From Macrostomum lignano (Eukaryota), in assembly GCA_002269645.1 (NCBI GenBank), contig NIVC01001268.1, positions 19,609 through 83,608 on the forward strand: a DNA stretch of 64,000 bases, given 5' to 3'. Shown one piece after another: positions 1-13,640 of this stretch. The position numbers were made by a program, and so were the translations under genes. The number at the start of each line of letters is the position of its first letter. Position 1 is the first letter of the stretch. The notes beneath the pieces were generated by a model that saw only the letters and a program-made list of their open reading frames with translations, was not told the origin of the DNA and made no database searches.

Positions 1-588
1 CGCCAATTGGGCCGCCGGCCAATCTATAAACAGTATAATTATAGTATAAACAGTAACATAGCGGTATGTGTCAACTAATTAATCAACCAACCATCGTGGA
101 GCGATGGAGGAAGAGTCAGCGAACAAGAGATATTTTACAATTGTCTATGGCCATACCCGACTGACCGACTGACTGATAACGTGGCGCTGATTTATTACCC
201 CTACCCCTAGATACTAGGCATATATAGACAGAGATCCATTTCTACTTTAGTCTAGTCAATCTATATGAAATTTTGAATTCATTTTTTGTTTTATCCATAT
301 ACTTTTCTAATAATTTAAGGCTCAAAACTATAGTTATAGAAACTTAAAGGCAAAGCTCTAGTTCTCTATAGTTATAAGTAGCTATAAAGCAGTTGCTTTC
401 TATAGACATATCCATAGCTTTTGTACATGTAGGTACCCATTTCGTGTAATAATATATTCTTACTCTGTGCTTTAGGATATAACTTGGATATTGTACACGT
501 TTTGAGTTTGCGATTGTTTCTCTCCTTACTGTGCTCAACCCAAGCCGTAGCCAAGTCTATAAATCAAACAGAATAAATCCTTTCCAAA

Positions 589-3500
589 ATGCTGCCCTCG
601 CAACAGCGCCGGCAAATCATCGTCCGCGCCACGCCGGCTTATTTGCCGGGGCCTTCGTCCAATCAGCAGCCGCAGCAACAGCAGCAGCCAGTCGTGACCT
701 TCGCTGCAGTCTCTTCAACGCCCAGCATCTCGATGATGTCCCTAGCAACGGCTGGCACTCTGCCGTCGACTTTAGCGTCATCTTCCTCTACGTCGGCTGC
801 TGCATCTTCGGCGGCGGCTGCAGCTGCTGCTGCGGCGAAGCGTCGACGAATCGCTGGCCCGTCAGCGGCGACAGCCTCGCATCAGCTGTCTGACCGCGCC
901 ATCCGGCTGGCGCCAGAATGCGGCGCCCATCGGGAGCTGTCGCGGCTGGAGCAGCGGCTGGACGAGGCGATCCTGGCCAGGCGGCTGGCTCTGCACGAGG
1001 CGCAGCGGCGGCAGGGGCAGCCGAGACCGAGGCGGCGGTTCCGGCTGCAACTGAGCAGCCATTTTGGCGCCTACGGTCCGGCTGGCGAGCAGGGCTGGGA
1101 GCTGCGGATTGAAGGTAGCTGAGCTGTGTGCGATTGTGAGATTATCCAAGCTGAGTAGATCATCATTTTTATTTGACAACTGACACTAAAGCCTGACAGA
1201 TGTGAGACCCACTGACACTGAAGCCTGACAGATGTGAGACCCACTGACACTGAAGTCTGACAGATGTGAGACCCACTGACACTGAAGTCTGACAGATGTG
1301 AGACCCACTGACACTGAAGTCTGACAGATGTGAGACCCACTGACACTGAAGCCTGACAAATGTGAGACCCGCTGACACTGAAGCCCGACAGATGTGAGAC
1401 CCACTGACACTGAAGCCTGACAGATATGAGACCCAACTGACACTGAAGCCTTACAGATATGAGACCCACTGACACTGAAGCCTGACAGATATTATGAGAC
1501 CCACTGACACTGAAGCCTTACAGATATGAGACCCACTGACACTGAAGCCTGACAGATATGAGACCCACTGACACTGAAGCCTGACAGATATGAGACCCAC
1601 TGACACTGAAGCCTGACATATATTATGAGACCCACTGACACTGAAGCCTGACAGATATTATGAGACCCACTGACACTGAAGCCTGACAGATATTATGAGA
1701 CCCACTGACACTGAAGCCTGACAGATATGAGACCCACTGACACTGAAGCCTGACAGATATGAGACCCACTGACACTGAAGCCTGACAGATATTATGAGAC
1801 CCACTGACACTGAAGCCTGACAGATATTATGAGACCCACTGACACTGAAGCCTGACAGATATGAGACCCACTGACACTGAAGCCTGACAGATATGAGACC
1901 CACTGACACTGAAGCCTGACAGATATGAGACCCACTGACACTGAAGCCTGACAGATATGAGACCCACTGACACTGAAGCCTGACAGATATTATGAGACCC
2001 ACTGACACTGAAGCCTGACAGATATTATGAGACCCACTGACACTGAAGCCTGACAGATATTATGAGACCCACTGACACTGAAGCCTGACAGATATTATGA
2101 GACCCACTGACACTGAAGCCTGACAGATATTATGAGACCCACTGACACTGAAGCCTGACAGATATTATGAGACCCACTGACACTAAAGCCTGACAGATAT
2201 TATGAGACCCACTGACACTGAAGCCTGACAGATATGAGACCCACTGACACTGAAGCCTGACAGATATGAGACCCACTGACACTGAAGCCTGACAGATATT
2301 ATGAGACCCACTGACACTGAAGCCTGACAGATATTATGAGACCCACTGACACTGAAGCCTGACAGATATTATGAGACCCACTGACACTGAAGCCTGACAG
2401 ATATTATGAGACCCACTGACACTGAAGCCTGACAGATATGAGACCCACTGACACTGAAGCCTGACAGATATGAGACCCACTGACACTGAAGCCTGACAGA
2501 TATGAGACCCACTGACACTGAAGCCTGACATATATTATGAGACCCACTGACACTGAAGCCTGACAGATATTATGAGACCCACTGACACTGAAGCCTGACA
2601 GATATTATGAGACCCACTGACACTGAAGCCTGACAGATATTATGAGACCCACTGACACTGAAGCCTGACAGATATTATGAGACCCACTGACACTGAAGCC
2701 TGACAGATATTATGAGACCCACTGACACTGAAGCCTGACAGATATTATGAGACCCACTGACACTGAAGCCTGACAGATATGAGACCCACTGACACTGAAG
2801 CAGTGTTGCCAATCACACATTGGAAAAAAAATTCGCAAGCGCATGAAAATTCGCAGGGTCTTTTCACAGTACACACTGAAGGCTAGAATGCAACAATAAC
2901 TGCTTTGAACGCAACTTCAGATATCTATTATTCAGAAAATATTTTTATCTGATTCCTTGATGAAATTTCGTCACTGTATTTCAATTTTTAAAAAGTTCTA
3001 GCAGGGGTACCACTCATGTACCGGTACCGGTACCGGTATTATGCTATTTACTCTTAGTAGCCATTATGATGTCTATGTACTGATAAAATTTATCAAAGAA
3101 ATTCATTGCAGACCAAAATTAGATGTAAAAAACTTTTAAACATTTGATTGTAACATAGTATTTAATTGAAAAGTGACAGGAATTTACACATTTTACCGGG
3201 TTGTGGCAGTAATCAGCAGTCACATAGTATTTAACTGAAAAGTGACAGGAATTTACACATTTTACCGGGTTGTGGCAGTAATCAGCACTCACATAGTATT
3301 TAACTGAAAAGTGACAGGAATTTACACATTTTACCGGGTTGTGGCAGTAATCAGCACTCACATAGTATTTAACTGAAAAGTGACAGGAATTTACACATTT
3401 TACCGGGTTGTGGCAGTAATCAGCACTCACATGTCTGGGGGCCGCTAACAGTACGCATTGAAATTTCCAATAACTTTTTCAAATAACAAAACAGTAATAG

Positions 3501-6500
3501 AAACTTACCAAACAATATATGACGCTTATATTATAGAGAAAAGGTTAAGGTTAAGCACAGTTTGCAAGCTAGTAAAATGACAGTTTAAAACATTGTGCTG
3601 GCTTCATAAGAGCTTTGGAACAAATAAATGTCTTGAAATTTTCATATAAGAATTAGCATAGATCGTCTTTACTCTTTAGTACGGCCATACTTGAGGCAAA
3701 TAATCTCATATTCAAGTCTCACTAGTCACTACTAAAATGTTTTAGTGCATTTGATTACAGTATTATAAAAACTTTTGCAATCATAATTGCAAGTGGCGAG
3801 TAGCGACTCTTTCTGTTTGCTTTACAGCCTGCTAGTATCGTGCTAGTATCGTGCTAGTACTGTCGGGTTTTCTTTGACACTTTTGGCAGGCGGGCCATCA
3901 CTGCAAGTTCAGATTGGCGCTTTAGCTTGGCGCTTTCCTCTGCTGCACTTCTCATAGCACTCTCCAGTCGCCTAGCCTCAAGACTGGATAGGCGAGCCGT
4001 CGACTGTGTCTCCTCCGCCTGTGCCTTGCGCAAGTGGTCCGGTGCGCGCTGCACCTGCCGCTCGGCCTCGATGCAACGCTGAGCCGCTTCGCTTTTCTTC
4101 TGCTGTCTTCTGCTTGCCGGCCAGCTGCTGAAGCTCAGTGCGTCGAATGCCGTCCTAAAAAATAGAATGAAAACGACAGCTTAGGTTCGATGGATATTGT
4201 GTCATAAAGCTTTAGAGTAGATACGATAGAAAATATTACAAACCTGCGCTGTCTTGCTTCGGATTCGCTTCTCCTCGTCTGCAAGGCGCTGAAGTTCTTC
4301 AGCCTTTTTGCGTCTCTTCTGCTCAGCCAGGTAGTCTTGGTACTCAGCCCGGGCCTTCAGTGCTGACTTCAACAATGTGTCGGGTACAGGGATTGTTGCT
4401 GGCGTCAGGCCCCTGGCAGTGAGATAGCTCTTTGCTAGAAGTGAATTCACTCTTGTTGTATCTGCCAACCGGTTGCGCTTTTCCTGGGCATCAATGTCGT
4501 GGGACTTTCCGATGAAGCGTTCACTGTCCGCGTTTCCATGAAAGAGTGTGCAGCAAGCAAGGCCCAGGCGCCCCAGAAGGGGAAACTCAGTTGACTGCGC
4601 AATCGAGTACCATTCCCTGGCCAAATCCTTAGATCGCGCCGCATCCGTGGTTCCAGCAGAGTTAGTTGACATCATGTTAAAATGGCGTGCCTCCGTTGTC
4701 AGCTGAATCCAGCTCAGCCGTTGGAATCACATTGGGAGGTTCTTGGCTACAAACTGGACTTTTTTCTCCGATAGAAGTCGATGTGTCCAGAAATGTCAGG
4801 CTACGGAGCATTCTAGATTGAAACGGCAGGTTCATCTGTAGGTAGATCGCGAGATCGATCAGCACCTTCTTGAGGACGAAAAGCTGAGGCCTGGGACTCG
4901 GACCCTCACCCAGCAGCTTCTTGGTGTCCGAACCGACGCCGATTTTCTCCAACGGAAGGTGAACGGTAGCACTCTGGGAGTCGATTCGGTGCACATGATT
5001 CTCAGCGAGCACAGACTGCTGCACGAATTGTACAGCAATGGACTCCAACAGTTGAATGTGCTGCTTGTGGATTTCATGAACGAGCACAGTGTTGCCCTGC
5101 TGAAAATTCATCTCGTACTTCTGTAGAAGGCGCAGGACATAAATGGCGAAACTAATTGCCGATCGAGTCGTCGCGTCCTACAGAGCTTTCCTGATGCGCT
5201 GGATTCGAGCGTTGGATGCAGCCGGAGCATCGTGAGCATCTCGACCAAGCTGTTCTACAAAGTACTCGTATGTCACTGCTGCTGGAGTCGCTCGAGGCAG
5301 GGCAGCAGCACCAACCAGTGCGTTAGCACATTACAGAGGAATTTAAGTGTGACCACGTTCAGCACCTCTTGAAAGGCTTTGAACTCCTTCGTCCGCTTTG
5401 GGCCCTTGGAAAAGCAGGCGTGAATGTCTTCACACAGAGATGCAACGGAGGACAAATGCGTATCGATGGTATAGCGAGCACCATTCGCCACAACATGCAG
5501 GGTGCAGCCACCAACATCAACAAGATGCTTCAGCTCAGGCTCTGATCTCGGATACTTGACTACTCCGAAGTGCATTCCTTGCATCACGTTGCAGTTGTCT
5601 GAAAAGTCACCAATCTGCTTGTGGTATGACAAGCCGTGGTTCTGAATGCACTGACGAATCACAGTTGAACAGCTTTCAGCGTCGAAGGCATTTATGGTGA
5701 CCATATCCAGCATCTCCGTGACTACCTGTCCATCGCTCACGTATCACTTTCATCGAAACTCACGGAGTAGAATCCTCGTTGACGTACGGAGCGATCGCAT
5801 GGTTGAGTAAGTAGACCTGCTTAGTTCTTCCACACTTGAACGTCTTAACAATTTTAGAGTTAGAAAACATGGTAAGGAACAAGCTGGCAGCTTTGTCTTC
5901 GCCTGCAAATGACTTTGAGTTATAAGCTGCTTGCCAGGTCCAAACGAATTCAGCTTTAGTAGTGGCACATTGAAGGAGATCATCGCCTGTTGTGCGAGGT
6001 TGCCGGTCCACAAACTGGTCCAGAGTCTGCCCTGAGCATGCTAGCCACGTTGCTGATGTGTTTGGCTGTCTTCATGTGGGTTTTTACCACAGACACTCCT
6101 CCCAATACAACGTTCAGTTTGACATGACATGCTGCACAGAACCCCTCATGGTCACAAGATCCAAGGTCGCAACCATTTACTTGCATTTAACTGCTCTACC
6201 CATCTTGGATCATATACTGTGCAGCGTGTCATTTTGCTTGTTAGAATGCTGATGAAAGAGGTGGTGGCCGGCAGTAGACCTTAATCCTTCATTAAATAGT
6301 GTAAGCCTGCGATTACATTTTTTTCGTACAGAATAATGCCTCAAAGACTTCAAGTGATAAGTAGACATGTATCCTAGCATAGGAGATAATAACTTAATAA
6401 GCTTAATAGACTTAAAACTGATAAATATACATTTATCCTACCATAAAAGACAGTAGAGAGAGGGGAGCGAAAAGTAATAGAAATAAAGAAAGCGGGATCG

Positions 6501-9500
6501 AGAGACCGAGCGATGAAAGGAAAGTATAAAAGATAAATGACCATTTCCATTTCCATGACTATTTCATACAGAGAAGCAAAGACAAAAATGAAAAAAGGTT
6601 TGAGCACGCAGACTCTGGAAGTCGCTATACGAGAAACTCGTAACTGTTAGGCATAAACTAATGCTAGATGTGATCAAACTCAATTGAAAACTTGGAACGG
6701 TCACGGTCACGCTAAGCTCGCAAATCTGACGGAGCATTAAAGGCTAAAGCCAGAAGCGATAAATGGACAGTTGCTTCGTACTTCTAGAGAATAAACATTA
6801 ACGCAAGCTATGCTTCTACAAGTCACTGCCATTTAGTTTATATTTAAAAGGTTACAGAGCACAAAAGTAAAAATCAATAAGAACTACTGTATGCACTTAA
6901 AAATTCGCTGAAAAGCTCGAAATCTTAAGAAAAATTTCGGAGTGGCAACACTGCACTGAAGCCGCAGTTCACTTCATTTAAGCCTCGAACTTGACCTAAT
7001 AGAATTACAATAATTTTAGTAACTTTTCGGGGCAATTATGATAAATTTTGCTCTAAGAAGAACTCACTAAATAACTCAATAATTCCCAAGGTCGCGCTTT
7101 GGACGACGCGTCGCCCTTAACGACCAGCTCAGGCGGGCTGACCACCAGCTCATCGACTGTGTCGGCTGCGTCGCTGCTTCATTCCGGACAGTCTGGCGCC
7201 GGCCTGTCGCACGACCAGTCCACTCTGGGCGGGCCCAATGGCAGGCGTCGGTTTACCAGCTATCTAAACAGCCTGGTGGTTGAGCTGGACCGGGGCTTGT
7301 ATGGGCCTGATCAGCATCTGGCTGAGTGGAACAGGGCCGATGGTTTGCCCGACACGGATGGCTTCGTGGTGAGTGTTTTTCTGGCGTTTTACTAAACTCA
7401 GAGTAGGTTAGTTTCATATCTGTCAGGCTTCAGTAGGTCTCATAATATCTGTCAGGCTTCAGTAGGTCTCATAATATCTGTCAGGCTTCAGTAGGTCTCA
7501 TAATATCTGTCAGGCTTCAGTAGGTCTCATAATATCTGTCAGGCTTCAGTAGGTCTCATAATATCTGTCAGGCTTCAGTAGGTCTCATATCTGTCAGGCT
7601 TCATGGTCAGTGAGTCTCATAACTCTCAGACGTCACAGTAATGCTTCATACCAACCAATAACCCCCCCCATCTGTCTCCAGGTGCGCAGGGCCGGCGAGT
7701 CACCAGTCCGAGTAACGGTGCTGCTGACCCCTAAACAGCGACCCCCTCGCTACCGCTTGCAGCCTCAGCTGGGCCGCCTGCTCGGGCTGCACACGGGCAC
7801 CCAGGCGCAGGCGGCGCACGCTTTCTGGCGCTACGTTGCCGCCAAATCCCTGCTGGACCCGCTGGACAGAGCCTGTCTGGTGCTGGACCAGCCGCTGGGC
7901 GAGCTGTTCAGATCGGATGGCCAGGCCAGCAAAGAGCCGGTGAGAATTCCTACAGCTGATGTGCCCAGGCGGCTGGCCCAGCTGCTGCTGCCGATGGAGC
8001 CGCTGTCTCTAAACTATCTAGTGTCGGCCGAGGCCGGGGTTAAACGCTGCGTTAATTACGAATTAGAATTGGACGCTGAAGATTCTGGCGTGTTGTCTGC
8101 TGCTGCTGAGCCTGTTGCTATGAGCGGATCTACTTTGCAGGTTAGTGATCAGCTGATTGTGCCTCGTGAACTAAAATATCAACACAACTCTAAATGAGAC
8201 ACAATGTAGAAGGTGAGAGACACAAATGAAGGACAGCTGAGAGACAAATGGGGAGGGGTGAGACACAAGTGGAAGAGAGGTGAGAGACACAAGTGGGGGA
8301 GAGGTGAGAGACACAAGTGGGGGAGAGGTGAGAGACACAAGTGGGGGAGAGGTGAGAGACACAAGTGGGGGAGAGGTGAGAGACACAATTGGTGGAGAGG
8401 TGAGAGACACATGGGGGAGAGGTGAGAGACATGGGGGAGAGGTGAGTGACACATGGGGGAGAGGTGAGAGACACATGGGGGAGAGGTGAGAGACATGGGG
8501 GAGAGGTGAGAGACACATGGGGGAGAGGTGAGAGACACAATTGGTGGAGAGGTGAGAGACACAATTGGGGGAGAGGTGAGAGACACAAATGGGGGAGAGG
8601 TGAGAGACACAATTGGGGGAGAGGTGAGAGACACAAATGGGGGAGAGGTGAGAGGCACAAATGGGGAGAGGTGAGAGACACAATTGGGGGAGAGGTGAGA
8701 GACACATGGGGGAGAGGTGAGAGACACATGGGGGAGAGGTGAGAGACACAATTGGTGGAGAGGTGAGAGACACAATTGGTGGAGAGGTGAGAGACACAAA
8801 TAGAGAGAGGTGAGAGACACAAATGGAAGAGAAGTGAGAGGCAAATTGAAGCGAGGTGAGAGACACATGGGGGAGAGGTGAGAGACATAAATAAAGAGAG
8901 GTGAGAGACACAAATGGAAGAGAAATGAGAGACACATGGAGGAGAGGTGAGAGACACAAATGGAAGAAAAATGAGAGACACATGGAGGAGAGGTGAGGCC
9001 GTAGGAAGAATAGCTCCCGATCCGGTCTAGACCACCGAACAACCGCAGGAGCTGAACGCCACGGAAAGCCGCATCTCGGACACCCTGGACCAGATGAATT
9101 CGGCCGCTGAGCAGGCGGAGTTCTTCGCCGATTTCGCTTCCAACCCTCAGCAGTTCCTCACCAGCGCTCTGTTGAAAAGCGGCGGTGCTAACTCGACAAG
9201 TCAGCAACAGCCGCAGTCGCAGAGGCAGCAGCAGCCGCAGGCTGATCCAGACAAAGAGCGTCGAGCCGCCTTCTTTCAGGGCGGCTGGCTACCGGAGGCT
9301 ACGGCAATATATTTTGCGGAAAAGGTTGGTTTTTTAGAAGCTAAAATGGCTTATTCAACTTGGAAGGTTATCGAAATACTAGAGAAGAGATAAGAGAATA
9401 AGACAATCAATGTGTCTACATTTCAATTTCTTCAGATAGATCCAAGTGTCTGTAGATAGATCCAGTGTATGTTAATAGATCCTGTGTATGTAGATAGATT

Positions 9501-10369
9501 TCAGTGTCTGCAGATACATTTCAGTGTCTGTAGATAGATCCCAGGGTCTGTAGATGAATTTCAGTGTCTGTAGATAGATCCCAGGGTCTGTAGATACATC
9601 CAATATCTGTATATAGATCCCAGTGTCTGTAGATAGATCGAGTGTAGATAGATCCCAGTGTCTGCAGATATATCCTGTGTCTGTAGATAGATATCAGTGT
9701 ACGCGCCTCGGCGTTATAGCTCATTTTTGCCCTCTGCAGCCCATCGGTAGATAGTTTTCAATGTCTTTAGATAGATTCTAGTGTCTGTAGATAGATCCAG
9801 TGTAGATAGATAGATCCCTGTGTCTGTAGATATATCCAGTGTCTGTAGATAGATTTCAGTGTCTGTAGATGGACCCTAGTTTCTGTAGATAGATACAGTG
9901 TAGATAGATCCCAGTGTCTGTAGATAGATCTCAGTGCTGTAGATAGATTTCAGTGTCTGTAGATAGTTTTCAATGTCTTTAGATAGATTTCAGTGTCTGT
10001 AGATAGATTCCAGAGTCTGTAGATAGATTACAGTGTTTTTAGATTTATTTTAAGGTCCTAATATGGGCCACAGGGTCTTAAAAGTATGTTCTAGTGCTGT
10101 GAGATGAGTTTCTATATATCTTATGATTGTCACACTCTAAGTGAATGTCGTGTCTATATAACTAGCGACTAGCGTCTGTATTTTTTGGCTCTTTAGGTGG
10201 GTTCTAAGATCTCAATATGCGTTCCAGGATGTCAATATAGCACCCACGATCTCAAAATGGGTTCCAGGGCACTGCTTCCGGTATTGAACACTACTTGATA
10301 ATGCGAGCTTTTTTATTTCAGATTGACAAGCGGCGCCAAGAGCTTGAAGAGCTGCTTGGAATCCCGTGA
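589..10369 (+). CDS. SMARCD1: SWI/SNF subunit BAF60/SMARCD-like (SWIB/MDM2 domain), 5 exons: 589-1114, 7091-7368, 7682-8140, 9031-9324, 10322-10369
   Basis: Spliced translation gives BAF60 motifs: WELRIEG|RALDD, RRFTSYLNSLVVELDRGLYGPDQHLAEWNR, DGFV|VRRAGE, YRLQPQLGRLLGLHT...AFWRYV, EFFADFASNPQQF, K|IDKRRQELEELLGIP*. All introns are GT-AG with matching phase. Symbol is family-level; paralog D1/2/3 cannot be resolved. Confidence 0.92.
1180..2800. repeat. Minisatellite, 32/35-bp unit GAGACCCACTGACACTGAAGCCTGACAGATAT(TAT), SMARCD intron 1
   Basis: Period of 32 bp read directly (e.g. 1528 to 1560); many units carry a 3-bp TAT insertion. Confidence 0.97.
2801..6953 (-). mobile_element. hAT-superfamily DNA transposon, 4153 bp, frameshifted transposase
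   Basis: 11-bp TIRs CAGTGTTGCCA (2801) / TGGCAACACTG (6953). 8-bp TSD CACTGAAG at 2793-2800 and 6954-6961. Minus-strand ORF fragments 6186 to 3854: BED-like Zn finger (FCAACH...HMKTAKH), KCGRTK, DNCNVM, GCTLH, THWL (RW-like), NADSERF dimerisation motif. Confidence 0.9.
3152..3432. repeat. 69-bp tandem repeat x4 inside the hAT element
   Basis: ACATAGTATTTAACTGAAAAGTGACAGGAATTTACACATTTTACCGGGTTGTGGCAGTAATCAGCACTC repeated four times. Confidence 0.95.
7410..7605. repeat. 29-bp minisatellite ATAATATCTGTCAGGCTTCAGTAGGTCTC, SMARCD intron 2
   Basis: About 6 copies; reverse complement of the intron-1 unit lacking 6 bp. Confidence 0.95.
8195..8998. repeat. Purine-rich ~22-25-bp minisatellite (GGGGGAGAGGTGAGAGACACAA...), SMARCD intron 3
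   Basis: Seen directly; explains ORFs 8171-9207. Confidence 0.95.
9430..10045. repeat. Degenerate ~21-bp repeat (CAGTGTCTGTAGATAGAT...), SMARCD intron 4
   Basis: Recurring TGTCTGTAGATAGAT core with variable flanks. Confidence 0.85.
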
Positions 10370-12639
10370 ATTACAGAATTGCTGTCGCCTTGAGCTTGCT
10401 AGTGCTGCTTTTTGTATTTAGGCATTTATAAATATAACATAAACATTACAATACATGACGTCTATACTCATCCATATATTCGAATGTTTACTATCTTGTT
10501 TTCAATTAATTATGTAAGTTGTGGCGCTTTTTGTAAATATAAATTTACAATTGTTTAATGCTAAGCAAAATATACTTCGTGTTTTAAATATACGCTGTGC
10601 AGCTGCGTAGCAGCCATGCAGACTATTAGCACCTATTTCGTAACTGATGCTGGCCAGAATTTTATTAGCTTCTTTGTTCTTGCCGGATTTCATTGTAAAT
10701 ACGCTTGTTATCGAAAAGTTTGAATTAAGACGAACTTCGACGCAGTCAGTACCGAATAGTTATAAGCATAATGCTCCATAGGTTGCTTTCTTTTGGTATG
10801 CCAAGCATTTTTTGTATTGAAAATTTATGTACTGTACCTGGTATCTGATCTGTCTAGTTGACTTGCACATCGATCTGTACGTTTAGCCTGGTCATGATGC
10901 CGCAGTCATGTTCGAAATCCGATTTCTGTTCAACACTTACCAGCCTACAAACTGCATCCTGCTAACATGCAAAAAGTCGAAACGGTGGTTATTGATTCAT
11001 CAAGCTGTAACTTAATTTAAATCATTACAGCCTCCACGCATCCACGACTGCATGTACGTTCTGTCATCTGATGTGAGGTGACGCAAAATGGGAAGCTCAG
11101 CAAAATCATTAGTGGTGTTAGAAGAAAAACTCGGAGAAATCATTAACTTGCATAATTTGCTTTTAATAGAATGTCTACAACAGGGAGGACGCGGCTGTTG
11201 TCAGAAAGTTTTCGGGTCTAAACTATAAGGAACGGGGTTTTAGCCGTGGTTTTATGCACTTTTAAAACAAAGCTCTAAAGGCAGTAATTAAAAATATACT
11301 GCTGGTAAGTCTTATGTGTAACTTATTTTTTATTGAAAAAAGAGCTCGAATCGGCTATTTGATTATTAAATCATATTTCCTAAGCGAATAACAGAGTACG
11401 TTGGTTCAGCTTAATTTACAGTTTCGCTTGTAAATTTCATTCAATCTAAAATCAAGTTCCCTCGTTCCTTATAATACGATATTACTGCGCTCATTCCATT
11501 AGTAGCCTTTGACTCAGTCAAACGTATTGTAAAAAATTAAAGACTGAGGCAGATAAATTAATATTATAGACAGGGCTTTATTTAGATTAAGGCGCTATGC
11601 AATGCCAAAATCAGGTTTATTATTAAGTTTCGGTAGCTTAGTTTGTTTAACCTAGCCTATTCCTAGGGCCTACGGCCTATGCCCTATCCTAGTGGCTGTC
11701 GAAGTCCTAGAGTTCTAGTAGTTATCTTTGACCTAAAAATAAATTGAAATCTATATTTACTACACCTTTTCAGTCTTTTATAAAGTAGGCCTAGTTAAAA
11801 AAGTTTTGCTATATTAATTATTAGGCCTACTGCTACAGTCTACTTACTTAGACCTAAATAGGCCTAGTAGGCCTAGTTATGTCATGGCTTATATATGACC
11901 CTAGCAAAATTGACAATTGCTGAAAAATAGTTATATATGTCTAGGCCTAGTAATTGAAAATGAAATAGAGTTAAACAAGATTTAAATAATAATGCAGTAA
12001 GAGACAATATCTAGTATAGTAATAGTAGGCCTCTATAAAAATAAATTATTATATATTTTGGTAATAATAATTAAATTTAGGCCCTATTGTTAAAGTTAGT
12101 ATAATGATATATTATATTATTGATAAGGCCTATTATTCAAGGCTAGGACCTAGGCTAGGTCTAACCTATTTTTATAGGCCTAGGGCCTATCAATATCTTA
12201 ATTGAAACTTTTTTCCTAGCTATATTTTGCCTATTGTAGGCCTAAGCCTAGTCAAACCACTGGGACTTAGCTAGGTTGAAAATATCTATTATCTTCTTGC
12301 TAAGTTTATCTAATACTAATAGGCTACATTTTTATCTTTAGCCTTATATAAATGGTTTTTCTAAATAGTTTACTTTTAGTGCTTACAAGCTGTTGAAACC
12401 TGCGGATTTTGAACCTATGGAATTCTCATCCCCGGAACTATTTTTGCATGTATTCTACTATCTGAAGTCACACTAAAAAAACTTGTTAATAGTTAGGATA
12501 GAGGTAAACATAAAATGGAATAAATTTATATAAAATTAAGATTTAAGGCAAGTATTTATTTTGCTAGTTGAGGTGCTGTGCAGAATGTTAAGCAATGTCT
12601 GTTTGACTCTTAAACATGTATTGGCAGACTTTGGCCTCT

Positions 12640-13640
12640 GCCTCTGCCTCTTCCTACATCCCTTGGATCTTTTAACACTTCTATTTTCTTTTCTTCTTTC
12701 TTCTCTCTCGTCTTTAGTCTTTCCTCTCATCTTTTTTCTTTTTTCCTTTCTCTTTTCTACTCTTTTTCTCTCTCCTCTCTTCTCTTTTCTCATCTATCCT
12801 CTTTTATCTCTTCTTTCTATTCTCTTCTCACTCCTCACTCTCCCCTCTCTTAACACTTCCCTCTTCTCTCACTCTCTTCTTTCTTCTCTTAACTCTCTCC
12901 TCTACTCTCTTATCTCTCCTCTCTATTCTTTCCTTTCTCTTTCTCCTCTCTACTCTTTCCTTTCTCTCTTCTTTCTACTCTCTCTCCATTCTCCATGACC
13001 ATTCTCCTCTTTTCTCCTCTCTCCTGACTCACTTCTCTCTCCCTTTGTCTCTGCTCTCTCGTCTGGTATCTGTAATCTCATCTCTCTTAACTCTTACCTC
13101 TTATTTCTCCTTTTCTTCTCTACTCTCCCATCTCTTGTCTATTCACTCTTGTCTCTGCTCTCTTATCTCCCTACTCTCATCTGTAATCTTTACTCTTTTA
13201 TATGTTCTTTCACCTCTGTACTCTTTCTTTCCTCTCTTTTGACACCTAACTTTTCTTTCTCCTTTCTTCTCTTCTCTTCTCTTCCTTCTTTTGTACTCTC
13301 TATCTCTCTTGTCTCATGTCTTCTCTTTCTACTTTCCTTTCTCCTCCTTCATCTCTTATCTCTAATTTCTTATCTCTCCTTATATCCCTCTTATTTCTAC
13401 AACCTTATCTCTTTCCTCTTCCCTTTACTCTCATCTCTCCTTTCACCTCTCTCCTCTAATCTGCAGCTCTCTGCTCTCATCTCTACTCTCCTCTCTCCTC
13501 TCTACTGTCTTCTCTCTCATCGCATCTCTCTCATCTCACTTCTCTCTCCTCTCTTCTTCCCTGTCTGTCCTATTATCTATATTATATCTTATCCCCTCTC
13601 TTGCTGTAGCTCTCTTTCTAATCATCTATTCCTTCTTTCC
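12640..13640. repeat. CT-rich low-complexity polypyrimidine tract
   Basis: About 1 kb almost devoid of G on the + strand, with no regular period. Confidence 0.9.

Noticed and set aside
1-130. CCAAT boxes and TATA-like TATAAA upstream of SMARCD
   Set aside because: Short motifs expected by chance, with no transcription start evidence.
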